This document shows, in pieces, positions 54,084-63,041 of a DNA stretch of 63,041 nucleotides; the stretch's first letter is position 1; each line of letters starts with the position of its first letter. The translations under genes and the position numbers were made by a program. The DNA is from Candidatus Kerfeldbacteria bacterium (lineage in GTDB: Bacteria; Patescibacteriota; Patescibacteriia; SBBC01; CAIJZX01), in assembly GCA_016193315.1 (NCBI GenBank), contig JACPSJ010000006.1:1-63041 (forward strand), read 5' to 3'. The notes under the pieces are model-generated. The model was not told the DNA's origin and searched no databases. It saw nothing but the letters and a program-made list of their open reading frames with translations.

Positions 54084-57000
54084 ATGAAACAGAGAACCAA
54101 AAAGGCGATCTTCCTCGGCCTGACTCCGGGCCGGTGGATAGCCGGGGTCAAGACCGCCACTTCCATCGTGGCCATTCTGGCCATGGTCGGGTGGCAATTC
54201 GTTACCACCGCCCAACCAGTTTTGGCTGAGGGTTCAGTCAGCGGCCGGATTATGGCTGGCGGAGCGCCGGTTGGATCGAACGACGCCCGGATTAACATCA
54301 TGCAGCCCTTCAACCCGCCGACGGTGCCTGGTACTGAAACAGCCAGTAACGGTACCTTTGCCCTCGCCGGTGTTCCGGCAGGCGGCGGGTATCAGGTGAT
54401 GGTTGAAGTGGCCGATTCGGCCCTGGCCTTCATGGGTACGACCGTCGATAATGTGACGGTCAACAATAACGCCAACTCCAATCTCGGAGACATCAATCTC
54501 GTGCCAGCTCCCAAAACCTGGCGTGGCCGAGTGACTCGGGCGTCGAACGGTCAGGGCGTGGAGGAGGTCCAAGTCAACGCTTTCCGGATGGATGGGCAGT
54601 TCCAGAACGCTCATGCCACGACCGACGACGATGGCGATTACCTACTGCACCTGACCGGCGGCACCTGGGGCTTGAGTCTTGAGGCGCCGCGTGATCAAAA
54701 TGGACAGCCGGAAGATGTGGACTGGGTCTTCGTCGGCCAACAGCCTCAGGTCAGTTTCTCAAATGACGCCACGGCCCAATCAAAGACTACCAATCTGCAA
54801 GTCCAAAATGCTTCGGCTACGGTCAGCGGCCGGGTGCTGCTGCCGGGCGGCGATCCAGCTCAATTCATCGGCTTGGAGCTGCGCGCTGGCGAGATGGGAA
54901 TTCAGGGCCATACCGAACAAGACGGTAGATTTGAGATCCGGGCTGTACCTGGTAGTTATGAACTGCGCGGCTTCCTGCCGCCTGAGCAGCAACAGTACAC
55001 ATTCCCGACTCGGAAGCTGACGGTCGGCGAAGACGACGACCTCGACCTTGGCACTATCCGACTGGGCGAGAAATCATCGCGCATCCGCGGCCAGGTAACC
55101 TGCGAAGACGTACCGGAGCAGGGCGTCTTCGTCAATGCCTTCCAGCATGAGGGCATGGACTTTGGCATGACCCAGACGGATGGCAATGGCAACTATTCGC
55201 TGCCGGTCTCAGCCGGCACCTGGGGCGTCATGGTTCAGCAGGGTGTGAACAGTGACTGCGTTTTCAGCGGTCAACCGCGGGATATTAGTCTCGGCGATGA
55301 CCAGACGAAGAGCGGCGTTGATTTCGAACTGATTCGAGCTGATGTGACCGTTAACGTCCTGGTGGTTGATGAGGAGGGTAATGGGATCGACAACTTCTTC
55401 GGATTCGCTTTCGTCCACAGTAACAGTGGCGGCAAGTTCGGCCGAAATGATTTCTTCGGCAACCCGATTCAGGGCGGGGTGGCGCAAATAAAGTTTCCGT
55501 CGGCGAGCATGTCCGAGGCCTTGGTCGGCGTCTTTCCGCCGCCGAATAGTGAGTTCTCACTCCAAGAGGAGGTTGAACTTGATGTTGAGCCCAATCAAAT
55601 GTACAACGTGCCGCTGGTCATGCTGGCGAATGATGCGGTCCTGATGGGTGAAGTTCGAGATAACAACGGTCAGCTAGTGACCGATGGTTTCGGCGACGTC
55701 TATATGAACGACGATCAGGGCTCGTGGCGAAATGCGCGGATCGAGAATGGTCGCTACCGCCTCAGTCTGCTCGGTGGTTCGGAATGGCGCGTCGGAGCGC
55801 ACGTCGAGGGCGGGAATTTCCTTGATGAGGGCCCGGCGAACGAAAAAATCTTCATTGGCCACGGTCAGACGGTCGAGCATGACATCATTCTGACCCGGAC
55901 CGATGCCACCATTACCGGGCAGCTGCTCGATCCGAATGGCAATCCGGTCGAATTCGGCTTCGCCTACGCGCATGAACCATTCGCCCCTCCGCAGCCGGGC
56001 GAGGAACCAAAACCACCCAAGGGCACCGGCACGGAAGTCCGCGGCGGCAACTTCGAGCTCAACGTCGTCGGCGGTGGAGAATACCAGGTTGGCGCCGGCA
56101 TCCCACCGGAGCTGGCCGACAACTTCTTGCCGCCAGAGGAAGTTACGGTCTTTGTCCCCGCCAACGGTAACGCCCAAGCCGTGCTCCAATTCAAACAGGC
56201 TGACGGACGAATCACCGGCACGGTTTACGATAGCGGCGGCCAGCGCGTTGACTTCGGCTTCGTCGGCGGCTGGTCAGAAAAGGGCAGCAACTCGGGTGCG
56301 CCGATCTTCGATGGCCGGTTCAGCCTGAACGTGACGAAGGACGACAGCTGGCACTTGCGGGCCAATACCTTCGAAGACGAGACCTTCTTCGACAGCGGCG
56401 AGATCGTCATTCGGACGCCCGACGCCACCAACTTCCAAATTGCCAAGGACATTACGGTGGCCGAATCCCAGTTCGTCTTCCCCGAGCCAGTCAGCGAAAC
56501 CTTCGATGCCAGCCAGCCGAAAGTCATCACCCTGTCGGACGGTACGACCATTACCATTCCGGCTGGCGCCCTGGCCAGCGAAGGCAATGTCACGGTCACG
56601 ATCAATCCGACGGTCGATGTCCGGCCGATGAAGAGCTTCAAGCCACTGGGCTTCGCCTACAGCATGACCGCGACGGATGAAAACAACACCGCTATCAGCA
56701 CCTTCAACGTGCCGGTGACCATTAGTTTCCCCTACGACCCCGACATCCTGGAGGCGATGGGGCTGAGTCCAACTGATCTAATCCCCAGCTTCTTTGACAC
56801 CACCACCAACACCTGGACCCAGGTAACGACGGCGGTGATTAACGAAGCCGCCGGAAGGATCACCTTCACCATTACCCACTTCACAGACTTCGCCCTCGGT
56901 TCGAACGCCGAAGCGAATGCAGTCTCACCGAAGCGCCTGCTGGTGATGCCTGGTGCCAGTGGCGGCCCGAACATCCGCATCTTCGACTCGAGTAACACCC

Positions 57001-58001
57001 TGACCGCCGGTTTCTTCGCCTACGCCGATGGCTTCCGCGGCGGGATGAACGCGGTCAGCGTCGATCTTGACGGCGACGGCGTTGATGAGATTGCCACGAT
57101 TCCGGCCAGCAAAGGCGGACCGCACCTGCGCGTTTTCGACAGCAACGGCACGCCCTTGGCCAGCACCATGATTACCGCCACCTCGTTCCGCCAAGGTTGG
57201 CAATTGGCGGCTGGGGATGTCGACGGCGATGGTCAGAATGAACTCGTGCTGGGCGCCAATGCCGGCGGCGGACCGCAAGTGCAAGTCTTCCAGTACGACG
57301 GCGATGGTACGATCACCCGCGAAGCAGCCTGGTTTGCCTATCAGCTCACCTATCGCGGCGGAGTACAGGTCGCCGTGGGCGATGTCGACGGCGACGGAAC
57401 CGATGACATTGTCACCGCGCCGAATCGTGGCGGCGGCCCAAATGTCAGCGTCTTCTCGAAGTTCGGCACGCCGAAAGCCCGCTTCTTCGCCTATGATCAA
57501 GGCATGACCGGCGGGGTGAAGTTGACTCTGGCCGATGTCGATCAAGATGGGGCGGCTGATATCATAACTACTCCTGGCGCCGGCCGAACGGCGAATGTGG
57601 CCGTCCACTCGGGCATCGGACAAACCATGTCCAGCTTCTTCGCTCTGCCAGAATCGATGCGTATGGGTGTCACGGCCCAGACGGGCGACGTCGATGGCGA
57701 CGGGGCGATGGAAATCGTGGCCGTGCCGAACGCTGGCGGTGGCCCACAAGTCAGCATCTTCAGCTGGCAAGGCAACCTCGAGCGCCGGTTCTTCGCTTAC
57801 GACGAGAACCTCCGCTCCGGCCTGACCGCCGCCGTGGTCGATCTCGAAGCCGATGGCTCAGTGGATATCGTCACCGCACCCGGTAAAGGCGGTGGACCGC
57901 ACGTCGGCGTCTTCAACGGCGATGGCACGGTCAAGGCTCGCTACTTCTCGCACCAAGAAAGTTTCCTCGGCGGCATAACGCTGTCCGTCGGAAACGAATA
58001 A
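54084..58001 (+). CDS. Giant surface protein: repeated carboxypeptidase-regulatory-like beta-sandwich domains followed by FG-GAP/VCBS repeats
   Basis: Signal/anchor sequence; recurring SGRV..G.P....V...... modules; C-terminal array of VDLDGDGVDEI / GDVDGDGQNEL / GDVDGDGTDDI / ADVDQDGAADI / GDVDGDGAMEI loops. Confidence 0.8.
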   Translation: MKQRTKKAIFLGLTPGRWIAGVKTATSIVAILAMVGWQFVTTAQPVLAEGSVSGRIMAGGAPVGSNDARINIMQPFNPPTVPGTETASNGTFALAGVPAGGGYQVMVEVADSALAFMGTTVDNVTVNNNANSNLGDINLVPAPKTWRGRVTRASNGQGVEEVQVNAFRMDGQFQNAHATTDDDGDYLLHLTGGTWGLSLEAPRDQNGQPEDVDWVFVGQQPQVSFSNDATAQSKTTNLQVQNASATVSGRVLLPGGDPAQFIGLELRAGEMGIQGHTEQDGRFEIRAVPGSYELRGFLPPEQQQYTFPTRKLTVGEDDDLDLGTIRLGEKSSRIRGQVTCEDVPEQGVFVNAFQHEGMDFGMTQTDGNGNYSLPVSAGTWGVMVQQGVNSDCVFSGQPRDISLGDDQTKSGVDFELIRADVTVNVLVVDEEGNGIDNFFGFAFVHSNSGGKFGRNDFFGNPIQGGVAQIKFPSASMSEALVGVFPPPNSEFSLQEEVELDVEPNQMYNVPLVMLANDAVLMGEVRDNNGQLVTDGFGDVYMNDDQGSWRNARIENGRYRLSLLGGSEWRVGAHVEGGNFLDEGPANEKIFIGHGQTVEHDIILTRTDATITGQLLDPNGNPVEFGFAYAHEPFAPPQPGEEPKPPKGTGTEVRGGNFELNVVGGGEYQVGAGIPPELADNFLPPEEVTVFVPANGNAQAVLQFKQADGRITGTVYDSGGQRVDFGFVGGWSEKGSNSGAPIFDGRFSLNVTKDDSWHLRANTFEDETFFDSGEIVIRTPDATNFQIAKDITVAESQFVFPEPVSETFDASQPKVITLSDGTTITIPAGALASEGNVTVTINPTVDVRPMKSFKPLGFAYSMTATDENNTAISTFNVPVTISFPYDPDILEAMGLSPTDLIPSFFDTTTNTWTQVTTAVINEAAGRITFTITHFTDFALGSNAEANAVSPKRLLVMPGASGGPNIRIFDSSNTLTAGFFAYADGFRGGMNAVSVDLDGDGVDEIATIPASKGGPHLRVFDSNGTPLASTMITATSFRQGWQLAAGDVDGDGQNELVLGANAGGGPQVQVFQYDGDGTITREAAWFAYQLTYRGGVQVAVGDVDGDGTDDIVTAPNRGGGPNVSVFSKFGTPKARFFAYDQGMTGGVKLTLADVDQDGAADIITTPGAGRTANVAVHSGIGQTMSSFFALPESMRMGVTAQTGDVDGDGAMEIVAVPNAGGGPQVSIFSWQGNLERRFFAYDENLRSGLTAAVVDLEADGSVDIVTAPGKGGGPHVGVFNGDGTVKARYFSHQESFLGGITLSVGNE

Positions 58002-58149
58002 AACAAAAAGCTGAACGCTCCACCTGACGCTTGTCGCAGGTGGAGCGTTCTTGTACACTGGGATTATTGTGATGAGCATGGACTCTTCGACCGCCCACTT
58101 GCGTTCACCGACATCGAAACGAGCGCGGGTTGACTGAGTCAATGCGAAG

Positions 58150-58596
58150 ATGAATCGTGCTGCTAAGCTTAAGGAAGACAAAGTCGGCCTGTCCCAAAAG
58201 GCAATCCTCTATCGCGAGGATGGAAGAATTCTCACCATCCGACGTACCAAGACCGCACCATCACGACCTCGGTATTGGGATTTGCCCGGAGGAGAAGTAA
58301 ATTTTGGAGCAAATGTCCAATCAGAAATACGGCGAGAAATCAAAGAAGAAACGGGCTTCGTAATTCAGCATCTGAAAGTTTTTGACGTCATCTCAGGATT
58401 TGACGACAACGGTGAATTTTGGGTAACCATCTGTTACCTGGCTCAACCAAAGACCATGCACGTCGGACTCAGTTATGAACACGACGCTTTCCGGTGGGTC
58501 ACACCCAGCGAATTTGAACAACTCCTAGCTTCGCCACGGAACAAGAAGTTTGTGGAAAGATACAAGTCTCTCGGGGCCCGCAAAAGGCGGTTGTGA
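58150..58596 (+). CDS. NUDIX hydrolase
   Basis: Nudix box GGEVNFGANVQSEIRREIKEETGF. Confidence 0.8.
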   Translation: MNRAAKLKEDKVGLSQKAILYREDGRILTIRRTKTAPSRPRYWDLPGGEVNFGANVQSEIRREIKEETGFVIQHLKVFDVISGFDDNGEFWVTICYLAQPKTMHVGLSYEHDAFRWVTPSEFEQLLASPRNKKFVERYKSLGARKRRL

Positions 58597-58927
58597 ACTT
58601 TTTAAGGAAAGATTTAAGAATCAATCCATGAATACGCCTGTGGAAAAGATTTGCCTTGGTTCAAAAACCCTTGGAAAATCAGGGCTTGACAGGTTTTTAC
58701 GGCGGGTATATGCTACTTCTCCTGCACATTGAGTAGGGAAGAACGAAGTAGGCCACGGCTGAACCGGAAATCCTGAGAGCATCATGCTTTCTGATGATCG
58801 CTCCTGCGATTTCCCCCAGCCCCAACCTTACGTTCTTTATCCGCCTCTGTGCACCCCTCTTTGGCCCAACGCTTCACGCAATGGGCCTCCTCTTTTTATT
58901 GGGGGTCCGGAGTGTTAGCATAGAGTC

Positions 58928-59173
58928 ATGGGTAAGCATCTTCTAGAAATCCTCGGCCACAAGGTCTACTGCAGCAGCGATCGCGAGTACTACGGACTGA
59001 AGCATTTGAAATATGAGCTGGAGGACGAGGAAGCCCGCCAGCTTTTTGCCCAGTGCGAGCAGCAGCGCGAAGTGGATTTTGAGGACCAGGATCACCGCCG
59101 GTTTACGCTCGTTGATGGTGAAGACGGATCATTCACCGTTGTTTCCCATGACAAGCCGAGCGGCTGGTTCTGA
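58928..59173 (+). CDS. Hypothetical small protein (81 aa)
   Basis: Clean ORF with normal composition, preceded by a long untranslated stretch that contains a TTGACA box at 58686. Confidence 0.5.
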   Translation: MGKHLLEILGHKVYCSSDREYYGLKHLKYELEDEEARQLFAQCEQQREVDFEDQDHRRFTLVDGEDGSFTVVSHDKPSGWF

Positions 59174-59186
59174 AACGAGGTCCAAA

Positions 59187-59405
59187 TTGCGAGCCACCAT
59201 CCATGGTCAGGTGGTAGTGGCGCCAGCTGAGATGGTCAAGACTATGCGCCGGCTGTCGACCGCGACCCTCGGCCAACTTTTTCTTCATGCCCGCGAGTAC
59301 GGTTCGGCCACCATCACCATCGATGGCCAGCCGTGGACGGTCTATCGCCACCCCGACCACACTTTTTCCGTCGAGCGCGGCCACCCGGCGATGCCGTCGC
59401 TCTGA
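59187..59405 (+). CDS. Hypothetical small protein (about 72 aa), weak paralogue of the preceding ORF
   Basis: TTG at 59187 with GAGG 6 nt upstream; the alternative start is the ATG at 59232. It shares the xGxxV...QLF...(F/I)T(L/I)xDG pattern with 58928-59173. Confidence 0.4.
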   Translation: MRATIHGQVVVAPAEMVKTMRRLSTATLGQLFLHAREYGSATITIDGQPWTVYRHPDHTFSVERGHPAMPSL

Positions 59406-59471
59406 CGGTTGAGCCGTGTCAAGTTCAGTAGCCTCGACCGGAAGGCGGTGGTTTGTTAGACTTAGACGCTG

Positions 59472-60797
59472 ATGGTACTCGACCTCATCCGCCGCTTGGT
59501 GCCCCGCCGTCTGCTGTTGCTTTATCATCGTTGGCTAGCGACCTTTGCCGCTTTGCGGTACGGCCGACCATCGCGCAAGATGGTAGTCATTGGTGTCACC
59601 GGCACCGACGGCAAGACGACCACGGCGCTCCTCATCAGCCAGCTGTTGCAGGCCGCCGGAAAGCTGGTGGGCCTATCATCAGGAGTCTACTTTCAGACCG
59701 GTCAGCGGCGCTGGCGGAACGAAATGCACATGACCATGCCGGGCCGGATGCGCCTTCATCGATTGCTGCGGCAGATGGTTGACGCCGGCTGCCAGTACGC
59801 AGTGATTGAGGTGTCTTCCGAAGGCTTGCTCCAGCACCGGCACTTAGGCATCGATTTTGACGCCGCCGTGCTGACCAACTTGACAGCTGAGCATTTGGAA
59901 ACGCACGGCGGGCTGGCCGCTTACCGACGGACGAAAGGACGCCTGTTCCACCAAATCATACGCAGCGGCGATAAACGGCTCGACGGCCTCCCCGTCAAGA
60001 AATTCACAGTCGTCAATCTTGATGACGCGTCGGCCGAATACTTTCTTGGTTTCTGGGCAGAAGAACACCATGGTGTGACGCTCCGCGACAAGCCGGCCAC
60101 GCTGGCGCGGGTCAAAAATAAGCTGCGGATCTGGCGGGCGGAATCGGTCAAGACCGAACCGAACGGCAGCCAGTTCGTTGTCGAGAGGCACCATCTTCGT
60201 CTGCCGCTGCCCGGGCGGTACAACGTTTACAACGCACTCGAAGCGGTGGTCACGGCGGCGGCGCTGGGCATTGACTGGTCGACAATCGAGCGCGGTTTGG
60301 CGCAAGCGTCACACATCCCTGGACGGTGGGAAGAGTTTGCCCTGCCAAACGGCGCCCGGGCGATTGTTGATTACGCCCTGACCCCGGCGGCGCTGGTCCA
60401 GTTCTATCAGGCGGTCGAGCAGTTTGGCTCGAAACGGATCATTGCGGTTTTTGGCGCGGCTGGCGGCGGCCGCGATCGGTGGAAGCGGCCGGATTTGGGC
60501 GAGATTGCCAGCCGCCACGCCTCGGTCATCATCCTGACCACTGACGATCCGTATGACGAAGACCCGGGCGCGATCACCGGTGAGATCGCGGCTGGCATTT
60601 CCGCCGCCAGCCGCGCCGAGGTATTCATGATTCTCGATCGGCGGGAAGCGATTCGCCGCGCCTTATCATTGGCGCAGCCTGATGATGTGGTGGCCATCAC
60701 TGGCATGGGTGCGGAAACATCGATGGTCATCAAGGGGAAGAAAGTGCCGTGGAGTGATGCGGACACAGTGAAGGAGCTCATAGCATCCTTAGGATGA
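59472..60797 (+). CDS. murE: UDP-N-acetylmuramoyl-tripeptide synthetase (MurE-type Mur ligase)
   Basis: GVTGTDGKTTT P-loop, the Mur ligase middle and C-terminal pattern, and DDPYDEDP near the C-terminus. Confidence 0.85.
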   Translation: MVLDLIRRLVPRRLLLLYHRWLATFAALRYGRPSRKMVVIGVTGTDGKTTTALLISQLLQAAGKLVGLSSGVYFQTGQRRWRNEMHMTMPGRMRLHRLLRQMVDAGCQYAVIEVSSEGLLQHRHLGIDFDAAVLTNLTAEHLETHGGLAAYRRTKGRLFHQIIRSGDKRLDGLPVKKFTVVNLDDASAEYFLGFWAEEHHGVTLRDKPATLARVKNKLRIWRAESVKTEPNGSQFVVERHHLRLPLPGRYNVYNALEAVVTAAALGIDWSTIERGLAQASHIPGRWEEFALPNGARAIVDYALTPAALVQFYQAVEQFGSKRIIAVFGAAGGGRDRWKRPDLGEIASRHASVIILTTDDPYDEDPGAITGEIAAGISAASRAEVFMILDRREAIRRALSLAQPDDVVAITGMGAETSMVIKGKKVPWSDADTVKELIASLG

Positions 60798-61522
60798 GTC
60801 ATTTTCCGACAAACAAGATCGTCTATGCCACCTCAACCCAGGCCGATGGGAGCATGTCTTTCAAGTGGGGCGGGCCAGAGGCCATACTAAGAAACCGGGA
60901 ACTTTGGTTAGCGACTAGTAACCTTAAACTTGGTGAATGTGTCTGTTTGCACTGTCAGCACGCTGATCAGATCTCCATAGTCAACCGGGACCAGTCTGGG
61001 CGTGGGATGAAATCGCTTGATGACGCCATCATGGCCGATGCGGTTTTTACGAGAGAACGTCGGCTTGGCCTGATGTTGTTAACTGCTGATTGTATCCCGG
61101 TCGCCGTCTACGACCCGGACCATGATGTGATCGGCTTAATACATTTGGGATGGAAGAGCACCGATCTCCACTTGGCTGACAAGAGCGTTGGTTTTATGAA
61201 CCAACAATTCCAGTCCGTCCCAAGCAATTTGTTAGTTTCCCTCGGTCCGGCCATTCATCAGGATTCCTACCGATTCAGCCAGCCGACCCAGAAAACGCTT
61301 CTGGGCTGGGGGCCATTTCTTCGTGACCTGCCAGATGAGGAAACCGCCATTGATCTCATCGGCTATAATCTCTTCCAGCTGCGAAGGGCTGGAGTGCTGG
61401 AAAAGCACATTGCCGTGGATCGAGAAGACACGGGAAAGTCCAAACAGTATTTTTCACATTTCCGGGCCAAGCGAACAGGAGAATCCGAGGGTCGGTTCGC
61501 AACCGTTTTGGCGTTACGTTAA
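60794..61522 (+). CDS. pgeF: YfiH/PgeF-family (DUF152, laccase-domain) protein
   Basis: LLTADCIPVAVYDP, GLIHLGWKS and a C-terminal FFSHFR pattern. Located downstream of murE. Confidence 0.75.
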   Translation: MSHFPTNKIVYATSTQADGSMSFKWGGPEAILRNRELWLATSNLKLGECVCLHCQHADQISIVNRDQSGRGMKSLDDAIMADAVFTRERRLGLMLLTADCIPVAVYDPDHDVIGLIHLGWKSTDLHLADKSVGFMNQQFQSVPSNLLVSLGPAIHQDSYRFSQPTQKTLLGWGPFLRDLPDEETAIDLIGYNLFQLRRAGVLEKHIAVDREDTGKSKQYFSHFRAKRTGESEGRFATVLALR

Positions 61523-61538
61523 CGGACGAGACAATACC

Positions 61539-62057
61539 ATGATCGTACTTCTCTACATGGCCATGTCTCTGAATGGGATGATCGATCGCCAGAACGGCGA
61601 AGAAGATTTTCTGAGCCATGACAACTGGCGAATGTTTCTGCGTTTAGTCCGCCAGCATGGAAATTTGATCTACGGTCGGAAAACGTATGAGGCAGTCAGG
61701 CGCTGGGGGCCTGAATACCGACTCGATGATTTGCCGGAGGTTGATAAGGTAATTGTTTCACGCCGCCGACAACCGCCGCCGACAGGCTGGTTCGTGGCCG
61801 GATCGCCGGCGGAAGCGTTGTCGTATCTGGCCACGCGCGGGCAGAAAGTGGCCTTACTGAGTGGTGGGGCGACGACCAATGCTGCTTTTGCTCAAGCCGG
61901 ATTGATCGATGAAGCCCTGATCAACGTTGAGCCAGCCATCATCGCGCCGGGCGTGCCGCTGTTCAAACCGGACAAAATCGACCTCCGATTTACACTGATC
62001 TCAGTAAAACGGCTTGGACGGGGTGGAGTGACGTTACACTACCGAATTCGGAAGTAA
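61539..62057 (+). CDS. Dihydrofolate reductase-family (RibD C-terminal domain) protein
   Basis: MIVLLYMAMSLNGMI..., GRKTYE and LLSGGATTNAAF. I set the start at the ATG at 61539, because the ORF track start overlaps pgeF. Confidence 0.65.
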   Translation: MIVLLYMAMSLNGMIDRQNGEEDFLSHDNWRMFLRLVRQHGNLIYGRKTYEAVRRWGPEYRLDDLPEVDKVIVSRRRQPPPTGWFVAGSPAEALSYLATRGQKVALLSGGATTNAAFAQAGLIDEALINVEPAIIAPGVPLFKPDKIDLRFTLISVKRLGRGGVTLHYRIRK

Positions 62058-62246
62058 ATGAATTTCACTCGACTGCCAGCTGAGCTCGGGTCCGTTTGAC
62101 AGCCGGGAGGTAATTCAGTATTATTGATGTGCTCAATTTCCACAGGTTGTGGAAGGCTCTGGATAATAACTTCAGAGGGGCCTCTGAAAAATGGAGGGTC
62201 AAATTGCTACTTCAAAAAACATTCATTGAAAGGAGGTGAGAAAACA

Positions 62247-63041
62247 ATGAAAAGATTAATAGGGATAACTACGGGAATGCTGATTATTCTCGGTTTTGTG
62301 TTTCTGGCATCTTCGGCCTGGGCCTCGGTGCCAGACGGCTCAGTGACTACAGCCAAGATCGTTAATGGCGCCGTGACCAGCGCTAAAATAGCTGATGGCA
62401 CCATTACTTCCGCTGACATCGCTACTAACACGATCACCTTCGCCGAAATCGCCACTGGCGCGGTTCGTACAAGCGAGATCCTCGACGGCACGATTGCCAC
62501 AGCCGACATTGCGGCCGGCGCCGTGACGACGACAGAGATTGCCCTCGACACCATTGCCGCGGCAGACATTGCGGACGGTGCAGTTGGCACAGGCGAAATC
62601 GCTGATGGCGCAGTAGCCTCCGCAGACATCGCGGCTGATACTATTGCCGCCGCTGACATCGCGGCTGGCGCGGTAGCCACGAGCGAGATCCTGGACGGTA
62701 CAATAGCCACGGCTGACATCGCCGCTGGCGCGGTGACGACGGCCGAAATCGCCCTCGACACTATTGTGGCCGCGGATATCGCGGCGGGTGCGGTCTCCAC
62801 AACCGAGATTCTCGATAGCACGATTGCTTCCGCCGATATCGCAGCTGATACTATCGCCGCCGCTGACATCGCTGCTGGCGCAGTGCCGACGGGAGAGATC
62901 CTCGACGCCACGATCGCCACGGCTGACATTGCGGCGGGCGCAGTGACGACGGCCGAAATCGCCCTCGACACTATTGTGGCCGCTGATATCGCCACTGGTG
63001 CAGTTGGCACTGATGAGATAGCAGACGGGATCTTCACTTCA
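62247..63041 (+). CDS. Secreted protein made of 10-residue tandem repeats ([ST]x[DE]I[AL]xGx[IV]x), 3'-truncated by the window edge
   Basis: AAAGGAGG lies 8 nt upstream of the ATG at 62247. Signal peptide MKRLIGITTGMLIILGFVFLASSAWA. An open frame of exactly 265 codons runs to the window end. It is not in the ORF track, presumably because it has no stop codon. Confidence 0.8.
   Translation, partial: MKRLIGITTGMLIILGFVFLASSAWASVPDGSVTTAKIVNGAVTSAKIADGTITSADIATNTITFAEIATGAVRTSEILDGTIATADIAAGAVTTTEIALDTIAAADIADGAVGTGEIADGAVASADIAADTIAAADIAAGAVATSEILDGTIATADIAAGAVTTAEIALDTIVAADIAAGAVSTTEILDSTIASADIAADTIAAADIAAGAVPTGEILDATIATADIAAGAVTTAEIALDTIVAADIATGAVGTDEIADGIFTS

Noticed and set aside
62207-63037. 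276-aa minus-strand ORF in the ORF track.
   Set aside because: It is antisense to a plus-strand gene that has a strong SD, a signal peptide and a coherent decapeptide repeat. Its own product is a low-complexity Ala/Ser/Val/Ile string without an SD. It is an antisense artefact of a repetitive GC-rich gene.
62300-63041. Regular 30-bp periodicity that could be mistaken for a CRISPR array.
   Set aside because: There are no unique spacers. The whole tract is one open reading frame of degenerate coding repeats, and no cas genes are nearby. The 23S hairpin modules and the att copies are likewise not CRISPR repeats. No CRISPR array is present in this window.

Overview
The window reads as a chromosomal segment of a small-genome, Patescibacteria/CPR-like bacterium. 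That placement is an inference from three things: a heavily insertion-expanded 23S rRNA gene with no adjacent 16S, type IV pilin-like and lamin-tail-domain surface proteins, and compact housekeeping genes. No taxonomy search was possible.

Layout, left to right:
- 1-4140 (minus): a 3'-truncated 23S rRNA gene. It carries a group I-type intron at the classical L1931 site, with a 72-aa ORF, plus at least five clamp-bounded hairpin insertion modules.
- 4141-6696: about 2.5 kb of GC-rich, hairpin-rich sequence with no coding signal. It contains a 272-nt tandemly repeated module and lies between a near-consensus sigma70-type promoter and the 23S 5' end, on the same strand.
- 7-16.2 kb: GH1 glycosidase, a GxxExxY cassette, CapA, an rfbB/rfbD/rmlA-like cluster and a three-gene pilin-like operon.
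- 16.6-24.65 kb: a visibly AT-rich island of about 7.9 kb at tRNA-Leu(UAG). It encodes a large serine recombinase whose 3' coding end is itself the recombination site, and that site is present in three copies. It also carries a C-protein/nuclease/two-methyltransferase restriction-modification (R-M) module in which one methyltransferase is fused to a complete, apparently cleavable LexA. A small membrane protein plus a trypsin-like protease complete the island.
- 24.7-63 kb: mostly housekeeping genes (polA, NUDIX, holA, rpsT, uvrB, ruvA, femAB-like, murE, pgeF). Interspersed are large FG-GAP and lamin-tail surface proteins, a four-helix-bundle ('23S IVS protein') gene broken by a 156-bp MITE, a GC-rich protease/small-peptide locus (39.7-45.2 kb) and a tRNA-Arg locus with tRNA debris. 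A 10-residue-repeat surface protein runs off the right edge.

No CRISPR array and no 16S rRNA were found. All calls come from motif reading of the given sequence and ORF track. No database searches or computed statistics were available.
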